Assembly: GCA_964510585.1 (NCBI GenBank) | Contig: CAZECW010000161.1 | Coordinates: 1 to 18,136 of the forward strand | Length of the DNA: 18,136 nucleotides | Direction: 5' to 3' | From: an uncultured archaeon | GTDB lineage: Archaea; Asgardarchaeota; Jordiarchaeia; Jordiarchaeales; Jordiarchaeaceae | Part shown: in pieces, positions 1-8,748 of the stretch | Layout: every line of letters starts with the position of its first letter | Position numbering within the stretch: position 1 is the stretch's first letter | The notes under the pieces: model-generated | Database searches by the model: none | What the model saw: only the letters and a program-made list of their open reading frames with translations | What the model was told of the DNA's origin: nothing | Program-made: the position numbers and the translations under genes

Positions 1-137
1 CTGCGTCTTGTTTAGCCTCTTAAGCCCAAGCCAAACCCTTCAGCTACCAACAACTATTAGTATACCCTACTTTCAAATAAGCTTTTTGGCGATTCATCCC
101 CACGACTAGAAGTCGGGGGCTTTCTCGCCAAGGTTTT
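1..137 (-). mobile_element. Left end of an IS200/IS605-family element; the body extends beyond the window start
   Basis: The minus strand reads TTAC|AAAACCTTGGCGAG-AAAG-CCCCCGAC-TTCTA-GTCG-T-GGGG-ATGAATCGCC. This matches the IS608-type left end: TTAC target (138-141), AAAG guide at the foot of an imperfect hairpin with a bulged T (98-119), and an outer 7-bp stem ttggcga (86-92)/tcgccaa (125-131). GGT-like coding starts exactly at the target site. Confidence 0.85.
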
Positions 138-560
138 GTAAATAGGCTTGAGCCTCATAAGAGAACGCTTCACACTCTAAGTCCCCTAATGATATTCAAA
201 GATCAAAAGCCATTCCTGGTTATGGGCACAATGGGGGGTGACGGGCAACCCCAGACGCACATGCAGGTAATATCAAACATTATAGACTTTGGAATGGATG
301 TGCAAGAGTCTATCGAAGCCCCCAGATGGATAAGTGAAAGCTTCAAAACTGACCGCCGTTTCGTAGACATACTTATTATGGAGAGAAGATTCCCCCAAAA
401 AGTCGTGGCCAAGCTGGAATCAATGGGTCACCGGGTAAGTTATGTTGAAGAATGGTCACAGATAATGGGCCACGCCCAAGCAATAATGATTAAGAAAGAG
501 GAGGGAGCCATGTATGGTGGAGCCGACCCTAGGGGGGATAGCGCCGCGTTTGGTTGGTAG
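138..560 (+). pseudogene. ggt: Gamma-glutamyltransferase (GGT) family, 3' fragment cut off by the IS insertion
   Basis: The frame upstream of ATG 189 reads VNRLEPHKRTLHTLSPLM from 138, matching the GGT N-x-L-x-P-x-KR-x-x-HTL-x-P motif. It continues with GTMGGDGQPQ, EAPRW and GGADPRGD. Sequence upstream of 138 is IS end with an in-frame TAA at 78-80, and the catalytic Thr region is not in the fragment. Confidence 0.8.
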
Positions 561-740
561 TCCTAACGACACTTTACATGGTAGACGCCAAAAATTTGTG
601 CTTGTTAGCTTGACATTGTTAATTTTCGGTTCCTAGACGGCTATCTCGTTAGTATTTAATTCTTTTGTAGGAACACTATTTTTCAGTGGTTGCTAGAAAA
701 AAAGGAAACCAGTCTAATTTACCGACTTTAGGAAGTTTTT

Positions 741-756
741 CGATAAAATTTAAATG
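741..756 (+). promoter_or_regulatory. Candidate BRE/TATA for the hydro-lyase genes
   Basis: cgataaaa-TTTAAATG about 120 bp upstream of ATG 877. Confidence 0.35.
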
Positions 757-876
757 TGTCTCAAAGAGATGTACTTGGCGTTGTTAATCTGATTTCTTGC
801 TTCAGAACAAAATCTTCGGTGCTTATTGCCTTGTTGTGTCCTTGTATTGTCTTGATGGTTTTGGTTGGTGCTGGTT

Positions 877-2127
877 ATGGGTAAAACTATTTCAGAAAAG
901 ATTCTTAGTAAGGCTTCGAACTCTGACGCTTATGCAGGGGATATTGTGGTGGCAAACATAGATTTTGCTATGGCTCAAGATGGAACCGCCCCCCTTACTA
1001 TAAAAGCTTTAGAAGAAATGGGTGTCGATAAAGTTTGGGACAATAAGAGGATAGCTCTGGTTTTTGATCATAATGCTCCCAGCCCTAGTGAGGGTGTTTC
1101 CAAGTTACATGCTATGATGCGGAATTGGGGCAGAAAGCAGGGAGTAATACTCTACGATGTGGGCAGCGGTGTTTGCCACCAGCTACTTCCAGAGCAAGGA
1201 CACGTCCCTCCTGGGGGCGTAGTTGTAGGTGCTGACTCTCACACCTGCACGTATGGTGCTTTAGGCGCCTTCGCTACAGGGATAGGATCTACGGATATGG
1301 CGGTAGTTTTCGCGAGCGGAAAGTTATGGTTTAGGGTTCCAGAAACCTTACTGGTAATGGTGGAGGGAAAACTTCCTGAAGGAGTTTACGCTAAAGATAT
1401 TGTTTTGACAGTAATTGGCAAGGTTACTGCTTCTGGAGCGAATTATATGGCGGTGGAATATGCGGGAAACACTGTTAGGGATCTAAGTGTAGAGGCCAGA
1501 ATGACCCTCTGCAATATGGCTGTTGAAATGGGAGGCAAAACTGGAATTGTGGCTCCAGATAGCAAAACCATACAGTATGTTGAAGAAAGAATGGCTAAGA
1601 ATCAGTATCAAATATTTTCCAGTGATTCAGACGCCGACTACATAAAGCGATTAGAAATTGATGCTACAGACTTGGTTCCGGTTGTGGCGTGTCCCCACGA
1701 GGTTGACAATGTTAAGCCAGTGAGTGAGGTTGAGGGGACAAGTGTAGATCAGGTTTACATAGGAACTTGTACTAATGGCAGAATTGAAGATTTAAGAATA
1801 GCTGCCAAGGTTTTAAAAAACCAAAAAATCAAGCCGATAACAATTATTACACCGGCCTCAAGAGAGGTTTACCTTCAAGCCTTAAAAGAGGGTTTAATTG
1901 AAATTTTTGTGAAGGCGGGAGCTGTGGTTTGCAACCCGGGATGCGGCCCCTGTGTGGGCACCCACCAGGGCATTCCCTCCCCAGGCTACACGGTGGTCTC
2001 CACCGCTAATCGCAACTTCAAGGGAAGAATGGGGAGCGATGAAGCTGAGATCTATTTGGCGTCTCCCCATACGGCTGCGGTGGCGGCCGTCAGGGGAAAA
2101 ATAACAGATCCGAGGTCTTATCCATGA
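877..2127 (+). CDS. leuC: 3-isopropylmalate dehydratase/homoaconitase family large subunit (LeuC/HacA); substrate uncertain
   Basis: MGKTISEKI N-terminus, so ATG 877 is preferred over TTG 865. DH, DSHT, GTCTNGR and PGCGPC (three [4Fe-4S] Cys), STANRNFKGRMG and YLASP motifs. Stop overlaps the next start (ATGA). Confidence 0.93.
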   Translation: MGKTISEKILSKASNSDAYAGDIVVANIDFAMAQDGTAPLTIKALEEMGVDKVWDNKRIALVFDHNAPSPSEGVSKLHAMMRNWGRKQGVILYDVGSGVCHQLLPEQGHVPPGGVVVGADSHTCTYGALGAFATGIGSTDMAVVFASGKLWFRVPETLLVMVEGKLPEGVYAKDIVLTVIGKVTASGANYMAVEYAGNTVRDLSVEARMTLCNMAVEMGGKTGIVAPDSKTIQYVEERMAKNQYQIFSSDSDADYIKRLEIDATDLVPVVACPHEVDNVKPVSEVEGTSVDQVYIGTCTNGRIEDLRIAAKVLKNQKIKPITIITPASREVYLQALKEGLIEIFVKAGAVVCNPGCGPCVGTHQGIPSPGYTVVSTANRNFKGRMGSDEAEIYLASPHTAAVAAVRGKITDPRSYP

Positions 2128-2633
2128 TTAGAGGAAGAGTTTGGAAATTTCCCAACGACGTTAATACAGACTATATTATTCCCGGAAAATACAAGTTCAA
2201 AACATTGGATATGAATGAGCTGGCAAAACATGCCATGGAGGGCATCGATCCCGATTTTGCAAAAAAGGTGGAGAAGGGTGATATTATTGTAGCTGGAAAA
2301 AACTTTGGTATGGGCTCAAGCAGAGAGCAGGCGCCCTTAGTACTAAAATATGCGGGAGTTTCACTTGTTATAGCTGAAGATTTCGCCCGAATATTTTACA
2401 GAAACGCATTCAACGTGGGATTGCCAGTACTCATATGTAGAGAAATAAATGAGAAAGTTGATCAGGGAGACATTTTAGAGGTTGACCTAAGAAGTGGAAA
2501 AATAGTCAATGCCACTAAGAAAGTAGAAATTTCCGCTTCGCCTATTCCAGACTTCCTGCTGGAAATGGTGGAAGTAGGAGGATTAGCAGAATATTATAAA
2601 AAGTACCGCAAGTTTCCCTGGGAAAAAGGGTAA
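2124..2633 (+). CDS. leuD: 3-isopropylmalate dehydratase/homoaconitase family small subunit (LeuD/HacB)
   Basis: NTDYIIP, NFGMGSSREQAP, FARIFYRNAFNVGLP and GGL motifs; coupled to the large subunit. Confidence 0.93.
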   Translation: MIRGRVWKFPNDVNTDYIIPGKYKFKTLDMNELAKHAMEGIDPDFAKKVEKGDIIVAGKNFGMGSSREQAPLVLKYAGVSLVIAEDFARIFYRNAFNVGLPVLICREINEKVDQGDILEVDLRSGKIVNATKKVEISASPIPDFLLEMVEVGGLAEYYKKYRKFPWEKG

Positions 2634-2668
2634 CTACCATAAAAATGAGTAAAAAAGTGTTTGCAGGG

Positions 2669-3700
2669 CTATTCCATTCTTTTTATTATTTCCTCGGTCA
2701 TTTTAACATTTGTAGCTGTTCCACCCAAGTCATAGGTGACTATTTCCTTGTTCGTTGCCCCTTCCAGGAGAACTTTGTCCACAGCATTTTCCACCTTTTT
2801 AGCAATATTTTCTTCTCCAAGGTATTTCAGCATCATCACCGAGGACAAGATCATAGCGGTGGGGTTAACCTTTTTCTGCCCAGCATACTTGGGAGCGGAG
2901 CCGTGCACTGCTTCAAACATTGCAAAGTTATCACCCATATTTGCACCGGGAGCCAATCCAAGTCCACCTATTAAACCAGCTGCAGCGTCACTCAAAATGT
3001 CCCCGAAAAGATTGGAGGTAACAATAACATCAAAGTATGTGGGGTTTGTTATCATATACATGTTGGCTCGGTCCACGTATATGTCCTCGTGTTCTAGGTC
3101 TGGGTAATTTTCGGCAACTTTGTAGAAAATGTTGGTGAAAAATCCGTCTGTTAACTGCAATATGTTTGCCTTAGTAATAAGAGTCACCTTCCTACGCTTT
3201 TCCCTCCTCGCCAATTCGAAGCCGAACCGAGAGATCCGCTCACAACCCTTTCGAGTAAATACTCGTAGAGAAACAACTTCATCATCACTCATTTTGAACT
3301 CTATTCCCTTATATAGACCCTCAGTGTTTTCCCGCACTATGACAAAATCAAGGTTAGTAAACTTTGTAGGTACTGGCACCCCGGGCCTGCTCTTGCAAGG
3401 TCTAACATTGGCATAGAGGTCAAGTTTCTGGCGAAGAGTAACTGCAACACTCTTCATCCCAGTTTCTCCACCACCCATAGGCGTGGTTGTAGGTCCTTTA
3501 AGAATACAGTTGCTCTCACCAATAATTTCCCAAGCTGAATCAGTGACTTGCTTACCAAACTTTTGATAAGCCCAATAACCCGCCTCAATAGGAATAAATT
3601 CAGCATCTAAACCCGTAGACTCAAGAACTCTCAAAGCGCAGCCTATAACCTCAGGACCCGTTCCGTCTCCTTCAATCACTGCTATCCTGTATTTTGCCAT
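2669..3700 (-). CDS. Isocitrate/isopropylmalate/homoisocitrate dehydrogenase family protein
   Basis: GDGTGPEV, LRQKLDLYANVRP, RENTEGLY, TKANIL, NLFGDILSD and EAVHGSAPKYAG motifs. Start placed at ATG 3700, with a GGAGG SD at 3707-3711. Confidence 0.92.
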   Translation of the reverse strand: MAKYRIAVIEGDGTGPEVIGCALRVLESTGLDAEFIPIEAGYWAYQKFGKQVTDSAWEIIGESNCILKGPTTTPMGGGETGMKSVAVTLRQKLDLYANVRPCKSRPGVPVPTKFTNLDFVIVRENTEGLYKGIEFKMSDDEVVSLRVFTRKGCERISRFGFELARREKRRKVTLITKANILQLTDGFFTNIFYKVAENYPDLEHEDIYVDRANMYMITNPTYFDVIVTSNLFGDILSDAAAGLIGGLGLAPGANMGDNFAMFEAVHGSAPKYAGQKKVNPTAMILSSVMMLKYLGEENIAKKVENAVDKVLLEGATNKEIVTYDLGGTATNVKMTEEIIKRME

Positions 3701-3772
3701 TTTTTGCCTCCGAATCAACTATTAATTTCAACATAAACTTTTCAGACATGATAGGCAAAAATAAAATTCTGG

Positions 3773-3780
3773 TATATAAA
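3773..3780 (-). promoter_or_regulatory. Candidate TATA box for the dehydrogenase
   Basis: TTTATATA on the minus strand about 70 bp upstream of the start. Confidence 0.45.
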
Positions 3781-3943
3781 TATGTTCTAAGAAATCCCTC
3801 CCCTTTTCTCGTATTACCCGTGAGACCTATTATAAGAGTGAAATGGAGGACGATACTATTTAGGCTAGAAGATTAGGCTCATTTTTAAGTTTAGGAATGC
3901 AGCGTTAAACCACAAAATTGTAGTTAACCTATCTATAAGTGTT

Positions 3944-3958
3944 CGAAAGATTTAATAT
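3944..3958 (+). promoter_or_regulatory. Candidate BRE/TATA for trpS
   Basis: CGAAAGA-TTTAATAT about 60 bp upstream of GTG 4017. Confidence 0.45.
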
Positions 3959-3995
3959 TTTATGGGAATTATGTCAAAAGAAAATCCATCTGTAA

Positions 3996-5129
<1,134 letters not shown>

Positions 5130-5228
5130 TGAAAAGGTTCATTATGAAAAATTAAATCATTCACGAATTTTTTGTTGTTGCGTTTAAATAAACAAGGATG
5201 GGGGGAGTTTTCTGAAAACTGAGAAGAG

Positions 5229-5246
5229 GGCTGGTTAGCCTTTTTT
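5229..5246 (+). terminator. Candidate terminator downstream of trpS
   Basis: GGCT-ggtt-AGCC hairpin followed by T6, between convergent genes. Confidence 0.3.
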
Positions 5247-5451
5247 GGCGAACGTTAACCGGTGAGAAAATAATTCGAAATTAATTCCCTTCCTGGAGAT
5301 AGTGGTGTATAATATAGGATTGGTATACATGAGTGAAATGGGTACAATTGTTGTTACAAGGTTGGGGATTGAAGGATTGTTTTGTGTTTGAAATTTTCAG
5401 AGAATCCTTTTTTGGCAGGTTGGCTGAGTGCCCCACTTTGGAACTTGTTTT

Positions 5452-6111
5452 TTATAGGCTTAGAAAAATTAGGGTGATTGTTATTACTAGTGTTATTGTC
5501 CAGAGGGTTAGTATTATTATGTGGGCTTCTGTGGTGCTTCTGATTTTTTTGGCGGTTTCTGAGGTTATGTTTTGTTCGCTTTTCTGTATTATTCTTTGAA
5601 GGTCTTTTCTTAGGCTTTTTATGGATTTGAAGGTTGTTATCAGGATTTCGTTGCTGTTTTGTGCGATTTCTGTTTCTACAGGTTTGTAACCTTTAGAGTT
5701 TACTGTGTAGAGTTTGTAGTCTAAATCCTCAATTTTTCCGGTTTTGAAAAAGGTGGTTGGGTCTATTACGAGAGCTAGGGCTTGGGGAAACATTTTCTGG
5801 TACTTTTGCTGGGTGGCTAGGTCTGTTCCGGACATGAATCCTGCTCCCATTCCTGGGTGACTGTGCCACCATCCGATTATTGTTTCGCCTTCTCCTCTCG
5901 CGTCTAGTTCTTCTGCTACTTCGGCCATCTCTGTGTCGTCAATAACGACGTATGCAGAGGTGCTGGTGTGTTTGGTTATGGTGCTGTCTGTTATTACAAT
6001 TTTATTTCCAACAATTTTTCCTATGAGGAATCCGGCGGATTCTTTTCTTAGGTCTATTCCTGTAAAGTCAATAATTTTTGACAGTGCGGAGGGGTATATT
6101 ACCACCCTCAT
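5452..6111 (-). CDS. MPN+/JAMM metalloisopeptidase (Rpn11/CSN5-like) with C-terminal helical stalk and predicted tail anchor
   Basis: E24 in ESAGFLIG; IGWW-H83-S-H85-PGMGAGFM-S94-GT-D97; TQQKYQ...ALVIDP. The last 22 aa are uncharged (IIILTLWTITLVITITLIFLSL). GAGGA SD upstream of the ATG. Confidence 0.88.
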   Translation of the reverse strand: MRVVIYPSALSKIIDFTGIDLRKESAGFLIGKIVGNKIVITDSTITKHTSTSAYVVIDDTEMAEVAEELDARGEGETIIGWWHSHPGMGAGFMSGTDLATQQKYQKMFPQALALVIDPTTFFKTGKIEDLDYKLYTVNSKGYKPVETEIAQNSNEILITTFKSIKSLRKDLQRIIQKSEQNITSETAKKIRSTTEAHIIILTLWTITLVITITLIFLSL

Positions 6112-6207
6112 TCAATATTCCTCAAAAGTTTTGTTTTGATTAATTGTTTTAAAGAATAAAAAAAGTTTCTGTCCGTATTTGGAGGTGGAATAAGCTTTTG
6201 GTTGTTC

Positions 6208-6237
6208 AAAAAAAGGGTTATTCTCCTTTTTTGGAGA
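6208..6237 (-). terminator. Candidate terminator after the 255-aa hypothetical gene
   Basis: On the minus strand, TCTCC-A6-GGAGA hairpin followed by a T7 run (6214-6208), directly after the stop at 6240. Confidence 0.4.
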
Positions 6238-6239
6238 GG

Positions 6240-7007
6240 TTAGTATATGAAATATTTCTCATTTTTGTGTATTATGTCGAGCACTTTTTGATATTCCTTT
6301 AAGAATTGCATATAAGCAGCATTTTTTTGTGTGATTTTCGGGTATTGTTCAATTATGTTCCAGTCACTTTCTACATTATTCTCGGTGAACCTTTCAAGTT
6401 TTTTGGTGTCTGCTTTGAGGATTTTTGTGAGTGCAGACTCGCGAAATTTGCCCTCTTTTAGCCCTTTTGCTAAGGGTCCATAAATGGCTCGGTGTTTTCC
6501 TCCAAGAACAAACCTTGCTCTATCTAAGCCTGAAACGAGGCGTACTTGGGCTTTAACAAGACTCGATTCGCGTCCCATGGTGATGGGGAGGGCGGCGCGG
6601 TGTTTAATTCTAGCTAATTCTTCGGGAATCAGTACTTTGCCTTTTTGGGTGGATATGGTTTCAATTATTTTTTCTATTTCTTTAACGGTTGAGGATTCTA
6701 GGGGATCAAAAACTTCGGGACTAATTATGTTGACTAGGGGGGTTGGTTCGTCTAAACGCATTTCGGTGGGGTCGAATATGACTATTCCTATTCGCTCCTC
6801 TATAAATACGGGTTTTCCTAAAACGTCTGCTTTACCCAAAACAATTCCCGGACCTATGAGACAAGACCTTACTATGGAACCCCTTATTAGTGACCAAAGC
6901 TGTCTTGAGGTTATCAGGATGTTCCCGTTAAAGTCAGCATTCCCAAATTCGAAGTTTAATTCGGGGATCTGTGCATCCATCAGCCAGAATAGTACGCGTT
7001 CCTCCAA
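6240..7007 (-). CDS. Hypothetical protein, 255 aa
   Basis: Long ORF with globular-protein composition. Its TTG start directly abuts the upstream TAA (TAATTG). No family motif recognised. Confidence 0.75.
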   Translation of the reverse strand: MEERVLFWLMDAQIPELNFEFGNADFNGNILITSRQLWSLIRGSIVRSCLIGPGIVLGKADVLGKPVFIEERIGIVIFDPTEMRLDEPTPLVNIISPEVFDPLESSTVKEIEKIIETISTQKGKVLIPEELARIKHRAALPITMGRESSLVKAQVRLVSGLDRARFVLGGKHRAIYGPLAKGLKEGKFRESALTKILKADTKKLERFTENNVESDWNIIEQYPKITQKNAAYMQFLKEYQKVLDIIHKNEKYFIY

Positions 7008-8240
7008 TTAGGATTCCTTCTCCTCTATTTGTATGGGTAGAACTATTCGTTCCCAAAGATAATCTGTGACTATTTTTTCTACCAAATCTGTTGGGTCGCC
7101 CTCTTTACCCGCTAATTTTTTCTTCAAGTATTCTAGGGCTTCTTGGGTTGTTATGGGGGGGAGGTTGAAATCTTGAGATATTTTGTGTATTATCCAAGCA
7201 CCGCTTTCTTCTATTCCCTGACCCTTACTTAACAGGGCTTTGTGCACTTTTCTTACCCTTTCCAGCAAAAAGCTATCTCTGACTGCTATTACCCTCCTTT
7301 TGGCAAAGATGAGGTCTCTTTCAAGAAAATCGCAGGGCTCTTTGAGATCCGGCCCCACCATTCCATCGCGCATTATTGGTGGGGTTACAATTAGGTAATC
7401 TGAAACTCCGACTGTCGGTTCCAAGGCAATGGGTTTAGGAGCTACTTCCAAAATTATCTGAGCTATGGCATGCACAGACATTGCCTGCAAGGATTTTTCT
7501 AAATCGTCTATGAGCTCATAAACTTTATCTAGGGGAGTTGCGCTACCTTCAGACATTTGACCAACTTTAGTATCGGCCTCAAAAAGGCTTTTGTCTGATG
7601 AGTGTTCAAAAGCTTCTGAGAATTTCCTGAGTACTCTTATCAATCTTCTTTTCGCCTGTTGTAAAGCAAGGATGGCCTCTGAGTGAGTGGATTTAAGAAC
7701 CGCCGCACAGAAAGTGATAGCTGCATCATTATTAGTTGAAGCCTCATGGGTTTTTTTCCACTTGTTTATAACTGGAACAATGTAGCTGTCAGCCAGCTTG
7801 ATTCTCTCATGCAAAACATGCATCGCCTTTTCCACTGGAATACTTTCCTCCCCCTCAATAACTTTTTCCAGATTATAGAGCTCCCTAGTGTTTTGTATTT
7901 TTCTAAACAGATCACTGTAGAGGTATTCTATCCATCTCCCCTCCTGAACTGCAAAATCAAACTCGTAGGAAAGAACGGGCACCACAGGGCTTCCTATCTG
8001 TCTTCTTCTATCATATTCCCACAGAATGAGCTCCAGCGCCTTTTCGGCATTCATGACGCCATCGAGTTCCAGTTGATAAGCAACCTTGCAGAAACTAATG
8101 GGGCAGTTATAAATTTTTGATAACTCCGCAGGTTTATCTTCAGGAACATTTTTAGCCCTCTCTCCCAAATTCTTATAGGTAAGTTCGAATTCCTCCATAA
8201 CCATTGACTTATCTTCTTTCGCTCTACGGAACCAATGCAA
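7008..8240 (-). CDS. Hypothetical protein, 410 aa, probably mostly alpha-helical
   Basis: Long ORF with GAGGTG SD 7 nt before the TTG start. No family motif recognised. Confidence 0.82.
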   Translation of the reverse strand: MHWFRRAKEDKSMVMEEFELTYKNLGERAKNVPEDKPAELSKIYNCPISFCKVAYQLELDGVMNAEKALELILWEYDRRRQIGSPVVPVLSYEFDFAVQEGRWIEYLYSDLFRKIQNTRELYNLEKVIEGEESIPVEKAMHVLHERIKLADSYIVPVINKWKKTHEASTNNDAAITFCAAVLKSTHSEAILALQQAKRRLIRVLRKFSEAFEHSSDKSLFEADTKVGQMSEGSATPLDKVYELIDDLEKSLQAMSVHAIAQIILEVAPKPIALEPTVGVSDYLIVTPPIMRDGMVGPDLKEPCDFLERDLIFAKRRVIAVRDSFLLERVRKVHKALLSKGQGIEESGAWIIHKISQDFNLPPITTQEALEYLKKKLAGKEGDPTDLVEKIVTDYLWERIVLPIQIEEKES

Positions 8241-8748
8241 ACTATTACACCTCTAGGGTTGGGTAAAACTGAGAATTTCATTTTTAAATTCACAAAAAAA
8301 TATTCGGGTCTCTTTCGAGTAATAAGTGGGAATATTAATATTAAAGGATTTCGTGTTAGTACTACAAAACAGAAAGCACAAATTCACAGACAATATTTAT
8401 ATGAGAAAGGTTGAAAACTTGAAAAAAGGCGTTAAAGTAACATGTGTTTTGCCTTTTAAACAAACAATGCGCTTACGCGTTCCAGATAAAATATGAAAAC
8501 CAAGTTTTTCATGGTAAAGAATTAAAAATGTTTTCCCGCACCCTTTACCTCGTCAAAGGTATCATAAGCTTCGATAGTAGACTGATTCGCTTTTGAGGAA
8601 CTTCCTTTTAATAATTAGCTTCCTATGAAGGCAGTACGTACACAAAAGATAATCGGTGAGGCTTCCTCTTTCATAAACCATAAATTATATCTTAATTTAG
8701 AAATAGTATAATATTTAGCTAAGTTTTTCAAGCATGTGGTGGATTTAA

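Noticed and set aside
1-80. Start of tnpB within the window
   Set aside because: No convincing start codon in the only open minus frame (RVWLGLKRLNKTQ); cannot be assigned.
1-137. IStron (self-splicing intron-IS hybrid) rescuing ggt
   Set aside because: The junction is an IS left end in antisense orientation and no group I intron features are visible.
189-560. 123-aa ORF as a complete stand-alone gene
   Set aside because: GGT homology extends upstream of the ATG to 138, so it is a fragment cut by the IS.
2645-3416. Plus-strand ORFs 2645-2974, 2736-3107 and 3129-3416
   Set aside because: Antisense shadows of the dehydrogenase.
5333-5599. 88-aa hydrophobic plus-strand ORF
   Set aside because: Antisense shadow of the JAMM 3' end in a G/T-rich stretch; no motif.
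6484-8293. ORFs 6484-7011, 7746-8120 and 8051-8293
   Set aside because: They overlap longer ORFs with better SD and coupling evidence, and have Ser-rich shadow-type composition.
8524-8613. Coding-like minus frame LLKGSS...TIEAYDTFDEVKGAGKHF*
   Set aside because: No start codon, 30 codons and no recognisable family; cannot support a gene remnant.
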